64,000 nucleotides of DNA from Lingula anatina (GCA_051362555.1 CM120644.1:17878534-17942533), one strand, 5' to 3'. Counted from the stretch's first letter, positions 21,713 through 35,330 are shown. Program-made: numbers and translations. The notes: generated by a model not told the origin, from the sequence alone.

Positions 21713-22104
21713 CAAGAATACCAAAAGCATTGTAGGTTGAATTTTTAAAGTTCTAAGGGGGCATTGACCCTCCTTATCCCAAGAGTTTTTGGACAGCATT
21801 TTACAATATAATCTTAAAAGCGATACGAGATACCCTTATTTGCTTTACAGGTATGAGTTAGCGTCTTAACCTATTGACATTGGCACTAAGCTTATTTTTC
21901 TCTTGATTGATGGAGCCACTAATTGTTCCTACTACAGGTCACCTCCCGTGTCCTTTAACACAGGTAAACACCCCGCGGGTCGCCAACCCTTTACACAATA
22001 CCTACGTACTAATCAGGATACAGGTGAACGGCACGTGTTTTCGTCGTGGCCAGGGGGGCGAAAATACATTTCTTTCGAATATATACCGGTGTAGGCCTTT
22101 GCAA

Positions 22105-22358
22105 GGGACCATTCCCAGATCCTATCGTACTAACTTTGGATCGATCCATCTCCAAGGGGATTCTCGCTACATTGCTTTCCACTTAAGCGGCTTAGATGTC
22201 TGTCACACCTGAAGCTGTTAGGGGATAATTAATTATCGTTTAGCAGCTTCAGTGGGCGTGTCAGATATCTAAGCCGCTTAAGCTGGAAGCAATTTAGCGA
22301 GAAACCCCTTGGAGATGGATCGATCCTGTTAGATCGATCTAGGCATGGGGACCCAGTC
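22105..22358. mobile_element. Palindromic MITE related to family A
   Basis: GGGACCATTCCC...GGGGACCCAGTC ends with long internal inverted arms; flanks CAA/CTA. Confidence 0.8.
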
Positions 22359-22395
22359 CTAGTTACACAACAGGATCACATTTCACGGAAGTGTG

Positions 22396-22844
22396 CACGT
22401 GTCCACAATACACACTAAAACATTTCCATTGCTTTTTCCCTATCTTATGTAACTATTTTTGTTGCTCCGGCGGCTTTCTAACCCCTTAGGCTGTATTCAC
22501 AAAGAGATCATCGGTCTACGTAGATCGATTCAGCTTTGCTTGGACTCTCGCTGAGTGCAATCACACGCCTCTTCCTGGCATTGGATAGAATGCAGGAAAT
22601 CTGGATATTATACAAGCACGTTGGAAACAGGAGGAGGCAGGTTAATCTGTTAAACTGATTGCACTAAGTCCCCGCAGAGTTGGATCGATCTACACAGACC
22701 GATGTCGTCTATAGGAATGGGGCCAAGGCCGTAGTTACCTCAGCACGTGTTTAGTCGGCGCTTACATAAACCCGGTCTTTTCTGTGAATAGTTAGTGGAA
22801 GACCTATCTGTGGCCCTGGAACATAATAGGGCAGGTCACACGTG
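22396..22844. promoter_or_regulatory. E-box/D-box cluster (candidate circadian enhancer) 5' of the PAR-bZIP coding exons
   Basis: CACGTG at 22396, 22744 and 22839; D-box TTATGTAA at 22445 and TTACATAA at 22762. All lie outside the adjacent MITEs. Confidence 0.4.
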
Positions 22845-24107
22845 TATGGGTTGATCTACGTGCATTGAAGAGGAAACGGGTCAACAACTTACTCGCGTCA
22901 GCCACTTAGATACTCCTCCTTCCTTCTAGTCTATTCCCGATCCCGCGGGCAACGCCCGTTCAGTATTCGAAGTAAAATACCCTTACATATCTTCAGTAAA
23001 CGTTTGCCAAATTGATGAACCGTTCGATCCATGAGGGGTTTTAGAGAAACCGAATCATCGGTGACGCGATAAAAAATAACGGACAATTAAAAAAAACTAG
23101 AGTGAAATAATATACAAAATCGTAGGCCTGTTTGCCGTAGCATTATCTCAGATGGAATCGCACAGTTCCCGTGAAGGAATTGTTCAGAGGACTTGCGGTG
23201 ATTGCGGTTAAACACATTGTTGGTTTCTTTTCTTTTCACCTTTGGTGTTTTTAGGAAGCATAACAATAGTAAATATTAATAGTAAAGATGTTTAAAACTT
23301 ATTAGTGTAATTCACTTGCACGAACTTGAAGTAGTGTGTTTCCTCAGTCCGATTGTCATTCTCAATCTGACCATTTGGTTGCTAAAACTTGAAGGGGCAT
23401 ATATGCGCCGGCAGCGTATCCATCCTCAGTACGTGAAACTACACGGCAACGTCACACTGTACCAAGACTGAAAAGGCTCCGTACGATCACTGCACGACAG
23501 ATAAACCGAATTTTCTCTTTGGAACCTCGAGGTCATGTCGGCGTAACGACACGGCACCGGCACGTAAGGTAAACGTATTCGCCGTAGCCCATAGCCACTT
23601 ACGATGCCATAAAATTTGCACGGAAAATCGCGCACGATTTCACAACAGGGCGTCCGTGACACATGTATTCTAGACTTTACCCACCGAAGTCTTAAAAGCT
23701 AATAAGGCGTCAATTTTAGCTCAATAAACTAAATATAGTATTTCGCGAAAAAGGACCCTGGACCTAAACCCAATGAACTTGTTTCCTTAACATACATGTA
23801 ATGCAGCGTTTCTTTTACTACTGTAACATATTTTTCTTAAATCGTGAAAGGTATATTTTAGTCAATTGCGGAAGTAAAAATGTCTTTGTAAATTTTTTTT
23901 TCAAGCCACTCCCTCTTAATCAATACGCGCAATAAATAAATATTCTCGAATGCAGAAAAAAATTAAATATTACTAATAACATTCAACAAGAAGCATTTCT
24001 GATTTTGAAAAAAAAAATCTCTTTACAGAAATTTGATAAATCATGAACATACCGGTACTTGCCTGATCTTGAGCTATTCTGCAAGCGTTAATTATACAGG
24101 GGACTAC

Positions 24108-24263
24108 ACATACTCGAACCTCGTCTTGCACTGCGGAGATTTGATGCGATGCGTTGAGAGGGGGGATACACCGTCCTTTATTGTGGACCGGTCTGAAGTC
24201 GGTAATCCTTGCGGTTAAATATATATATTATACAACTGGTCCTCGGACAGCGCCCTCTAGCGA
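24108..24263 (-). promoter_or_regulatory. Candidate promoter and non-coding first exon of the PAR-bZIP gene
   Basis: On the minus strand: CTCF-like TCGCTAGAGGGCGCTG (24248-24263), TATA-like run (about 24218-24232), Inr-like TTCAGAC about 30 nt downstream (about 24192-24198), and donor GA|GTATGT at 24113. Inferred from motif spacing only. Confidence 0.3.
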
Positions 24264-25383
24264 CACACGAATGCTGAGACACGCGACACAGTCACTGATT
24301 TCGGCAAAAAGGAATGCATTTGGGAACAAGGCAGGTTGACATGCCGGTCAAGTGCTGGGATATTTGGGGACAACGCCGGCTCTTGCGTCAACAGTGATCT
24401 CCCATAACATAAAAGAGGCCAATTGAAAGAAAAGAGGACAAATGAAGTTGACCGCCGTGTGCGCGTTCGCATGAACAGAGACAGACGCGCGTGGCGAGCC
24501 TTTGATAATATTACGTCATATTACATTAATGGAGCATTTTTCCCAATTAAGTTTATTAATTATGTCTTATATCCGATTTTTCAGCGGCCACAAAGAAGTA
24601 AAGAAGCGTAAAATGTCGAGTATTTAAGTGGATGTAAGACTGTGAATGATTTCAGCGAGGGATAAACCTTCTATAAAATAAACTAATTTAATGATAATAA
24701 TTAAAACAATAGATTAGCATTGAATGAAATAATGACAAATAGCCAATGACTCCAAAGTCCCCAATCAAATTTAAGCGACCATAAAACGGAACAAAAATAA
24801 TCCTCGATCTACTTATCTGCTGTTCGAGAAAATTTGTAACTGATATTAAGACAGCTTCACACCAAGAATACATAATACATTATTTACAGAAGTGAAGTTA
24901 ATATGGGGTACATGATGTTACCTTAAGATCAAATTACACACCTTTAGTATGTAGTGTGTGGCGAATAAGACTATCAGTGTTATGGTGACACCGACTATTA
25001 TAACGTACACTTTTATTTCGCCAGGTGTTGCTTTTCTGTCATTATACGGTATTATTTACACACGCTGCGCATTTCTTTCTGGCATCATTTGCAATATTGA
25101 TACATATTCCCTTCCATTTTGTCAGCCAAGTATTGAACATTTACAATCTTTTTAATCGCTACTTCGTTCACGCCTCATGTTGCTTTGTATTTGGAAAGTT
25201 CACAAAGTCGCAGCCAGCCCCAAGGCTGTTATCACGGAAAATTACTTTTAATTGTGAAATCAACCAGTCCACCATTACCTAATAGCCCCATAGGGCTCAT
25301 TCCCATTGAAAACATCGGTCTATGCAGATCGATCCAACTCTGCGGTGACTCTCGATCGCTATGCAACCAGTTAAACAGATTTA

Positions 25384-25634
25384 GAGACCATTCCCACAGA
25401 TATTTGGATCGATCTATCTCCCTGGGGAGTCTCACTTAATTGCTGTCAACTCGACCGGCTTAAATGTCTGTCACACCTAGTAAAGCTGTTAGGGGGTAAT
25501 TATCTTTACCCCCTAGGTGATTCGGTAGGCGTGACAGACATTTAAGCCGTTTTTTTTTATTTGATAGCAATTTAGTGAGACTTCCCAGAGTTAGGTCGAT
25601 CCAGATGGACCGATCTAAGTATGGGAACCCACTC
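25384..25634 (+). mobile_element. Palindromic MITE family A variant nested in a family B MITE (about 25292-25750)
   Basis: TSD TTA; closely similar to 31793-32050; the host element resumes after the insertion. Confidence 0.85.
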
Positions 25635-25841
25635 TTACACGCCTACTCTTGTTTCCAGCATACTTGTATAACCACCGGCTTTTCTGCATCCTGCTCAACG
25701 GCAGGAGTGATATCAACCTGTTAAACTGATTGCATTCAGCGAAAGTAACACATTGTTTGATGTAGACGTTTTCCATTTTATTTAAAACAAAATGCAGTTA
25801 TCGTACTGGCTGACCGTCGATGCGATTAGAGTTGCACTTGG

Positions 25842-25969
25842 TACCCCTAGCAGGGTGGCAGATATTATAGGCAAATATTCAAAAAGCCAGAGAATCCAAT
25901 GACTGTCTATTTATCTAAAGACATATCTGCGAATATCTTGTGAAAACTCTGTCGCCCTAGTAGAGGGTA
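25842..25969. mobile_element. Short member of the TACCC 9-bp-TSD family
   Basis: TACCCCTAGCAGGG...CCCTAGTAGAGGGTA with perfect TSD TGCACTTGG. Confidence 0.85.
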
Positions 25970-27036
25970 TGCACTTGGTAACTTTATGTCTTTGACCCGA
26001 ACCGACTTGATAAATAAATTCAAAGTTGTTTTAACTTTACGTTCTTATTGTTATTGTTGTTGTTATTGTCGCTGTTATTGTTTCTGAAGTTGTGAAGACT
26101 CATAATATTGTGCATGCTACAGTCTGCTGAACTCCTATGGTACACGTAAATTTCAGATACGGTTAGCCGAATGATATGCGTTGCAGTTGGTTAGCGAGGC
26201 GAGGTCGGCGATTTGGTGGGGATTGACCCGGTCACGGTGTGAAAACTCCGGACACTGACACAGTTCTCATTGGCCCCGGAGGCCGACGAAGCCACCGATG
26301 CGCTTCGTCGACTTCATTCGGCACTCGGTGCGAACTCGAATTCTGAATACTTACGCAAGAGTTTCATTCCTAGGTGAGGACCAAGCCAAAGGGAGATCAG
26401 AGTCACACCTTAATAATGTCAATATGTGAGAAATGAAAAAATCACACAGCTGAATAACTTTATTAAAAAATGAATCGAATCAGGCTGGTATTCCAACTCG
26501 AGCTTTATTTCAGCCCTAAGAACCATTCTTAATTTAAGTTTGGAAACGAGAAGTAAGACAGTTTTCCTTCCATGTTTTTTTACGATGACAGTGCACAAAA
26601 TAGGGGTTTTGTCAATTTCGATTTAATAGTATATAACGCTTACTGGCATTAACAGCATCAATTTTTATTTAGGCATTACTGTTACTGTGAATATTCAGAT
26701 AATGTACCCAGCACAGGACTCGAGACACATGGGAGTTCAAAGTCACACCTTAAAAGTATTGATGTGTGTAGGCTATAATGAAAAAGCCCCCCCCCCCTCC
26801 CCTTAAAATAAAATCTAATCAGATTGGATTTCAAGCTCAAACTGCATTTGGTTCTGCATCAGTCACTGCAGTATGTTTGAGGACAAGCCACACGGTTAAA
26901 GAGTCATTGTGCTTACTATGAAAGAGAGCGCGGCGGAGACGCCTAATATGGCGAGCTGCCACACCCTGAGCTTCAGAGATAACTTGAAACAAGCCTCTAC
27001 AGTTTACAAGCAAACAAGTTCCTTGAAACGGCACGG

Positions 27037-27211
27037 CAGGCCCGTAGCCAGGGGGGGGGGGGGGTTCGGTGGGTTCGAAAGAACCGCCCCTTTTTCTGGG
27101 AAAAGGTCCACTCTGCCTAAAATTTGCTCTAGGTACATGAAGTTTTTATGGAAAAAGGTCCACTTTTTCAGAAAAAGAACCCCCCTTTTGAAATTGCTGG
27201 CTACGGGCCTG
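27037..27211. mobile_element. GC-rich CAG...CTG TIR element with about 5-bp TSD; relatives at 11342-11507, 15146-15425, 38290-38436
   Basis: CAGGCCCGTAGCCAG...CTGGCTACGGGCCTG flanked by CACGG/CAAGG; absent from the paralog at about 33495. The 11342 copy has a perfect CTTCA TSD. Confidence 0.8.
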
Positions 27212-28326
27212 CAAGGCTATGCTACAGTGTAGAGGTTTTTTAAAATCATCTCTGAAACTCAGGGTGCGAGCTTTGGGTGGGCATGAGAATGGTGTGTCCC
27301 CATCCTGTGACAGGTTGGGTCACTGCGATGTTTCTGAAAATATTTAAAAGTTTCTGGCCTATTGAAGTGTGACTGCAGAATCGCCTCAGTGCACTAAGTT
27401 GGAAGAATGAAAAAATACCTTGATGAAGGTATAGATGCCGCCCAGGCTACGGAGCGTTTATCGGCCGATTGTTGGTTCACAGTAAAATATTGAATGAGTC
27501 GGGTGTTTAAAAAGACAACAATCACCTTTGTGTAATGTCATTATCGCAGTTTTAAAAGGAATAAGTTTTGCATTAAACTTACATATATGAATATGACTAT
27601 GCAAGTGCTAACACAAATAAGAAGAATAAATGCATCATAACGAGTACCAGATAAAACTATACTTTGATATATAAATAGCCACTGCAAATAGCTAAGAACT
27701 CCCGCTTTGAAAAATATAGGTACGAGAGGCCTCCTGGTCCAGTCGATTTCTGGCAGTTTTTTCAAGTGTTTACATAATTTGCCTGTAGGTTCATTTTCAA
27801 TGCATTTCAAGAATGTGAAAATGGACTTGTGAAATATTTGGAGTAAGAAAAAGATAACATTATGAATTCAATTGGGAAGCACAATAAAGAACGTACGAAC
27901 GCTCACGGAGCAAAGGCTCGGAGGGTCGGTCGAAGGGTCAATGGACGGTCTGACCAGCGGTCAGTGGCACAATAAAGTTGAATCTAACCTGCCCCAGTTT
28001 TTCCGCTTGGACTAGCTCAAGTTGAGTTAACTCAAGGGGATGAATTAAAGCAGCTCGTGTGGCAGCTTTACACTGGACGGCGTTCTTTCTGCATTCTTTG
28101 TCCGACCACGAAACTGGTATCGTTGTGGTCGTAGAAAGGAGCCACATGCATCGTTTTGGTTGCAAAATGAATGCTAAATGATCGGCCAGTTATCGGCACT
28201 TAAAGTATTATTAATTTTTACTCTCAAACGGGGCCGTACCGCGGGACGCACGAAGGGCGCTTTCCAGTGTAAAGGGCGCTTAATTAAGTGATCTTGATAT
28301 TTGACGCGGCGTCCAATACACACTAA

Positions 28327-28541
28327 GACCCCATTTCCACAGATTAGATCGATCTACTTTAGATCGACCTAACTCCCTGGGGGTTCACGCTAAATAGCTG
28401 TCAGCCGGGCGGACACGAAAGTTAATTACCCCCTTACTGCTTGTAGTAGGCGGGACGGACATTTAAGTCGGATTATCTGAAAGTAATCTAGTGAGACTCC
28501 CTGCGGGGATAGATCGATCTAAAATCTATGGAAATAGAGCC
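28327..28541 (-). mobile_element. MITE family A
   Basis: Near-identical reverse complement of 3788-4002. Confidence 0.9.
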
Positions 28542-31050
28542 CTATGTTAGCTCCAAGGGGATTCTCGCTGAATGCAATCAGATTTTTTATTATTATTTCA
28601 TTTTGAATTTTTTAATCTTTATCTATTTATCCATTTTTATTTATTTATTTATTTATTGGTGTGGAATATTTTGTTATGTCATTTTTTCCACTGATGATGC
28701 CGTTAAAACAGAACGTCTTTCAAAACTTGCGTATCAAAAGTACCTTTTTGTCTTTTCTTTTTGCATCCTTTTTAATTTGACGTTTTTTAGAAATCTTGAC
28801 CAGATCCTTGGCGTGGACGTTCAGAATGGATTAATAATTGCACCAAAACGTAGTTTGATAAATATATATAAAGTGCTGTAGTAGACGGGGATATTTTTTC
28901 TGTGTCATGTAATAAAATCACTTAGAACACATGCACAGCAGTCTCGTAGCCAGCAAATTCAAAAGGGGGGTTCTTTTTCTGAAAAAGTGGACCTTTTACA
29001 ATGAAACTTATATGTACCTAGATCAAATTTTACCCAAAATGGACTTTTTCCTGACAAAAGGGGTGGTTCTTACGTCCATGTGACACAGGGATGTGGAATT
29101 TGTCTGGTTTTACTTATCATGTAGGGTGCAAGCTCGCTTGACTTCAGCAAAGCGTAGGCTTTAGTATAGCCTAAGTCCCAACCGAACGTACGGACTGCTA
29201 CGTGCGGTCTACGGCCAAAAAAAATGGGGAAAACGTGAGAGTTCGTGCGTGAAGAGCACGTCCGTCGTGCGACTTTTGGAAGGACGCAGACAGCACGTAG
29301 AAACATTTCGACATGATCAACAGCCGCTACGTGCGATCTAGCTACGTCCTAGCTGGACGCAAGGAACCTAAAATCCTTGCGCCCAAAACGCAGTTGGGAC
29401 CTAGGCTTATACAAATATTGCGCAAGAGACGCAGACGCAGGCTGGGGAGGGGGGGGGGGGGGGGCAGATTGGTAGCATTCTTCGGATATGACGAAGATAC
29501 CCTAACCTTATTTCGATCTATTGAGGTTCGTTGAACCCCACGCATTTTTGTTCCTTAAGGGATCCTTTTATAAAGTTTACATAACCAGATTTTATGTAAG
29601 CCTCCTGTAGGTGCCAACCAGTGGCCACAGAAAAGTATATACAATAGACGTATGATTTCAGATGTTGAGAATAATGAAAATAATAATGGATAAAAGCGGT
29701 CAGGGGTCAAGTGGACCCCGTCAGAAGTTCACTGACCGACCAGCTATAAAATTTGTTCTTTTGCGCTCGTTTGGTTTTAAGGTGAATTCTGTGTCAAGTC
29801 GTCTCCTCTCACATTGGAATGTGATTAGGTCTATATGAACTCACCCAGCAAATTGGATTCGGACCTTTACTTCTCTCCTTCAAAACTCTCGCTATCCACC
29901 CCCCCCCCCCCCCCCCGGCTAATTTTTTCTAGGCACAAGAAAGATCTACCAAATGTAGAAATCACATAAAATGAAATATCTGAAAAGGTCTCAGAGTTTC
30001 AATAAAGTGGCCGGTCAATGTCGTCTAGGTCACTGTGACCTAGTGACAAATGTTATCAGGGCTCGTTCCCAATAGAACTACATGTATATCGTTCTATGTA
30101 GATCGATCCAACAGATAAAAAACGCCTCCTTTTGTTTGCAACGTGCTCATATAAAAATCACCAGATGAAACTATAAGGGGGTTATTAACTGTCGTTTAAC
30201 AGCTTCAGTGGGCGTGCCAGTCGTCTAAGCCGTTTAATCTAAACGCAATTTAGCCAGAATCCCCTCGAAGATGGGTCGATCCTGCAAGATCAATTCAGGT
30301 ATGGGAATGGGGTCTAAGATAAAATATTGCTTATGTAACCCATATATAACCCATTGCATTGTCACTTGAATCATGCGTTTAATTGCGAGGAATGCAAAAG
30401 TGACATCGAAAAGGACGATGCATTTTCATAATGCATTAAATGTTTTACTTTAAACCTAATCATATCAGCATATTTGTGCAACACATTCCTTCCGGGCGGG
30501 GTCATGTCTTGGCATTAAATATCAAATCCCTTTTTTTTTTTTTTTTTTTTTTTTTTGTAATAAGACGAAAGAAGCTTTTTGGTAAATCAAACATTATAAA
30601 CATTATAAAATACGTACAATACATTTGATGGAGAGCTACAATACTATATTCTTTACTGATCTACATGTAGGCAGTTTAAGGACAAAAAATCAGCTTTAGT
30701 AAATTATACATGTATATAGGCCTTCTTTTTTCAAATTATTATTATTATTTTGTTGTTGTTGTTGTTGTCTCTATAGCCCTAGTTTTAATATGATATTAAA
30801 CTACCTTGCCACTGATGTAAAATGTAATTACTTCAGGTCCAGCAATCATATCCAAACTAGACACACTGATCACAATGCACACCTCTTACAAAGCCCACAT
30901 GTTGTTGTTGTTGATTGTTTTTTCCCCCACTTAACATTCACAGATATGCATCTGGCCAGTTCTGTGCACCTTTATCTTGTGTCCAGCGAGAATTTTTGTC
31001 TGAAATTAATGTCATCGTTCAGATGGCTTTTCGTATATAGCAGTCACTTA

Positions 31051-31235
31051 GGGCTCATTCAGAACATAGGACTAACTGATCCACGGATCAAATATGGCCA
31101 ACCCACTTGAATGCTTGTTGCGCAATCCCCGCAGGAAATCTATTCAGTGTCTAATCCTGAATTAAGCGGCAAGCTTTTTAGTGGGTCGCCATATTTGATC
31201 TGCGGATCTGTTAGTCCACCGTTCTGAATGCGCTC
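31051..31235 (+). mobile_element. MITE family C (CATTCAGAAC TIRs); other copies at 2126-about 2290, 33265-33433, 41711-41895, 46580-46868
   Basis: GGGCTCATTCAGAAC...GTTCTGAATGCGCTC with TSD TTA. The 33265 copy is absent from the paralogous site at about 26975. Confidence 0.85.
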
Positions 31236-31285
31236 TTAAAGGGATGGCAGTTGTCAGTGGATCTTGTGCCCGATAGACAGTCATA

Positions 31286-31500
31286 CACCCCATTTCCATA
31301 GATTAGATCGACCTACTTTAGATCGACCTAATTCCCTGGGGGTTCACGCTAAATAGCTGTCAGCCGGGCGGACACGAAAGTTAATTATCCCCTTACAGCT
31401 TGTAGTAGGCGGGACGGACATTTAAGTCGGATTATCTGAAAGTAATCTAGTGAGACTCCCCGCGGGGATAGATCGATCTAAAATCTATGGGAATAGAGCC
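31286..31500 (-). mobile_element. MITE family A
   Basis: Near-identical reverse complement of 3788-4002; TSD ATA. Confidence 0.9.
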
Positions 31501-31792
31501 ATAAAGATGCCACTATATGTAGAATCTGACGAAACTGTTGCTCCATGATGCGGAGTGGCAGTTGAAGCAGGAAGCCTGCTTCAGAAAATATCGTGTTGGT
31601 TTCCTCCCTTGGCTTGGTGGACCTTACTTCAAGCTGTTCTATAATATTGTATTATTTGATTGCTTTCGATCATAACAGGGTTACTGGCCTGGGCTTGTGT
31701 TTGATTGACTCTAGCTGTATTAACCAAGCCAATCATTGTCCACGTTCTCCTTCTCACTGTCAGGGTCCGTTATTAGATCTGTCATACTTTTA

Positions 31793-32050
31793 GTGACCAT
31801 TCCCACAGATATTTGCATCGATCTATCTCCACTGGGAGTCTCACTAAATTGCTGTCAACTTGACCGGCTTAAATGTCTGTCGCGCCTAGAAAAATTGTTA
31901 GGGGGTAGGCCTAATTATCTTTACCCCTCAGTTGATTCGGTAGGCGTGACAGACATTTAACTTAAGCCGGTTAGTTGATAGAAATTTAGTGAGACTCCCC
32001 AGGGAGTTAGATCGATCCAGATGGATCGATCTAGGCATGGGAACCCAGTC
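31793..32050 (+). mobile_element. Palindromic MITE family A variant
   Basis: TSD TTA; internal inverted arms. Confidence 0.87.
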
Positions 32051-33199
32051 TTACTCTTATACCGTGCGTGGGCGAAAAGTGCCCTTGTAAGGGGTATATA
32101 TAATTTCTATAAGGCAATAAATTTCTATCAACTAACCGGCTTAAATGTCTAACTTCAGAACGCAACAGGATAAAATTAACCTCTTCCTACACAGTCATAA
32201 ATCTCTTACTTGTTGTCAAAACGACAGGATTTTTGTGATTGTCGCTAATTTCCTAATTGAAAATGTGCATTTATGAATTAGCCACTCGACCGCCCTCAGT
32301 CTGATTCCCGTCCACTGTCTACTCCCTCCCACGGCTGTCCTCCTATGTGCCAGGCCCTCCAACTCCCCTGTTACCAACTATTTTTTTAAATTATTATCCA
32401 GTATTATTATAATACGACCTTTTTTCTCTATAACGAATATACATTTATTAGTTAATTAGATACATTTTAATGTTATCTTAGATGAGCATATAATGCTTAT
32501 AGCGATTTGCCATCTCCATATGTACACTAATCATAATGTTCACAAACTAATAAACGTGTTCAAAATTTTTTTTATTGTACGCGTGGGTAAGTTTGTTTAT
32601 TAATTGAATTTCTGTGTCAATTCACCAACTTTTGCATTTGAAAAAGATGGAGACTGTTGGGGAGTGCAATGCAGAGGAGCACCGACCTCCAAAAATCTGG
32701 ACCAACTCCGCCAAGTTCTTTAAGAAAAATTTGGTGATATTTGGAAGTGTCTTTCCAATTTTATGAATATTTTTTTACCTCTGTAGAAATATCAGTGGCA
32801 TATAAGATATGAGGGGGTACATGCTATAAATTTGAACAGGTGGTACAAAATGTGGATATTTAAACCGCTGTTTTGTATTTTCTGCACCATTAGTCATGTC
32901 AGATGTGGTTTCTGGAATAAAAGGCACTGTTTACATAATTTACACCTGTGAGGTGACCATTTGTAGTTAAAAGCATATGGAATGGGGGGGGGGGGGGTAC
33001 AACCTCTGACTTATGTTGTATATCAACAACGATATGTTGAAAACCTAACAGTTAAAGACTTGTTAACACTTGATAACGAAGACAAATCTTTATGATATAA
33101 TACAGATAAAAAATAATTAGTGTCTTCCCTCTCACACCCCGGCAGGGAAACATAAACAGCTAGAAAATACCAGTCCGGGTTAAACATTAATTGTGCTTG

Positions 33200-35330
33200 C
33201 GATGGAAAGTGCACGGCGGAGACGCTGCATTAGGCGAGCTCGAGCTGCCGCACTCTGAGCTTCAGGCCGCATTCAGAACGGTGGACTAACTAGCCCGCGG
33301 GTCAAATACGGCCGACCCACTTGAATACTTCCCCACGGGGAATCTGTTCAGTGTCTATTAGCGGATTAGACGGCAAGCTTTGTAGTGGTTTGCCATATTT
33401 GAGCCTAGTTAGTGCACTGTTCTGAATGCAGCTTCGGAGATAACTTAAAGCAAACCTCTTCAAAATACAAGCAAACAGAATACTTGAAACGGCAACGGTA
33501 TGCTACAGTGTATAGGTTTGTTTCACGTCATCTCTGAAGCTCAGGGTGCGAGCCTTCCCCACCCTGCGAAAGGCTAGGGTTGGGGCACTGCGATATTTCT
33601 GAAAATATTTGAAAGTTTCTGGCCTATTCTAAAGGCAAAATGGCCTCAGCTCATCAAGCTAGAAGAATGGAAAATACCTTGATGAAGGTAAATGCCTCGG
33701 AGGCTACGGAGCGTTTATCGGCCGATTGGCGGATCACAATAAAGAAAAAATTAATGAGTTGGATGTCTAAAGAGACCACGATCACCTTTGTTTTGTGTCT
33801 TTATCGGAATGCAATTCACGTTAAACTTACATATACATATAAAAATAAATAAATAAATAAATAAATTAAAATAAATAAAAATAAAAAACGGATTATAAAA
33901 TCGTTCATTTATCATATAATTGTTATAATTATAGAATAATGCATTAAATTTTTTCCTTAACCCTAATCATACCAGCATATTTTGCAACTCATTTCTACTG
34001 GCTAGTGGATTTTACAATGACTAAGATGCAAGTGCTAACAAAACAAATAAGAAGAATAAATTAATCATAATGAGTACCAGATAAAACTAACCTTGATATA
34101 TAAATACCGGTAGCTTTGAAAAATACAGGTACGAGAGGCCTCCTGGTCCAGTCGATTTCTAGCAGTTTTTTCAAGTGATTGAAACATTTGCCCGTAGGTT
34201 CATTTTATATGCATTTTAAGAATGTGCAAATGGACTAGTCAAATATTTGGAGAAAGAGAAAAGATAACCATGTAAGTTTAATAATAATAATTTTGTTACG
34301 CAATTTATGGCGCACGAGTGGGCACGGGTCGAAGGCCGGGAGGGGCGTTCTAAGGGTCAGTGAACAATCGGACCAGCAACACTTTTATGTTGAATAACCT
34401 GCCCCGGTTCACTTCGCTTGGACTAGCTCGAATTGAGTTAATTCAAGGGGTTGAACGGAAACACCTTGAGGAGCCGTCCGATGCAAATCTAGAGACCGTG
34501 CTTAATGATTTTGTCGACCTACATGTAGCTAATGAGCATTACCTCCATTGGGACCCGCGTTGAATGCAAGCAGCTTTTTAATTTTTTTTTAAATTTCAAT
34601 TTCTTTATTTTTATTTATTTATCTATGTTTTTTGGTGTGGAATCTTTCGCTATGTGATTTTTTCCCCACTGGTGATGCCGTTAAAACTGAATGTCTTTCA
34701 AAACTTCCGTATCAAAAGAACTTTTTTTTTTTTGCAAAGAACCACGGTTTGGCACTTTCGTGGGGATTACATAAAGTCTAGCTATCTAAACTTCATATAA
34801 ATGGAAACATCAAGGGATCAAAAATGCATTAGGTTCAATGGGCCTCAATAAACCTTTTTAATTTAACGGCGTTTTTTTTTTTTTTTTTAAACGGGAACTA
34901 GAATTAGAACTCTGGACCAGATCCCACTAGTGGATGTTCAGAATGGATCAATTATTGTCCCAAAATGTAGCTTGATAAATAAAGTAGTAGACGGGGATAA
35001 AATTTTTCTGATTCATGTAAAGCACATGCACAGAGACGTGAAAATTGCCTGGTTTTACTTATCATGGAGGATGCGTGCTTGTATAACTTCTGTAACTCCG
35101 TAGGCTTTAGTATAAAAATTGCTTAATGGACGCAAGCGGGTGATTGGAAGCATTCTTTGGGTGTGACCAAGGTTCGTTAAACTTATTTTCATGTAGGTCT
35201 AACGAACCCCACACATATTTGTTGCTTGCTGGGTCCATTTATGAAACTTACATAGCTAGATTTTATGTGATCCATTAAAGATTTATCTGAATAATTTTCT
35301 GTTTCGATAGAGTGGCCGGTGAGCTGTGGC
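33200..35330 (+). pseudogene. Decayed Mab-21/cGLR-like gene copy 2 (tandem duplicate of 26.9-29.7 kb)
   Basis: Collinear similarity with 26930-29600. Translation DVQNGSIIVPKCSLINKVVDGDKIF (34933-35007), followed by QRRENCLVLLIM...SVGFSIKIA*W, resembles the Mab-21 VPK / QxxCYxxLK / SYxLKT..W series. The duplication extends into flanking DNA (30000-31000 vs 35310-36760). Confidence 0.5.

Larger units (their letters stand above)
26900..29700 (+). pseudogene. Decayed Mab-21/cGLR-like gene copy 1, interrupted by several MITEs
   Basis: The frame FEKYRYERPPGPVDFWQFFQV...ECENGLVKYLE (about 27705-27843) is shared with the 34.1-kb paralog, with synonymous differences (TAT/TAC, CTT/CTA, GTG/GTC). Further motifs: GGSVEG (about 27915), DVQNGLIIAPKRS...DGDIFSVS (28815-28905) and LFRSIEVR*TPRIFVP (29508-29555), in Mab-21 order (GS..EG; GxxxVPK; WRxSFS; CPHYFIP). 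Confidence 0.5.

Noticed and set aside
26140-26360. GC-rich segment that might be an ncRNA or extra exon
   Set aside because: No recognisable tRNA/snRNA motifs or homologous reading frame; a short inverted repeat (GCCGAATGA/TCATTCGGC) suggests a repeat remnant, too weak to call.
27541-27810. Minus-strand hydrophobic ORF resembling a membrane protein (DHHC-like)
   Set aside because: There is no DHHC/Cys motif, the paralog is interrupted, and the synonymous-change pattern favours the plus-strand frame.
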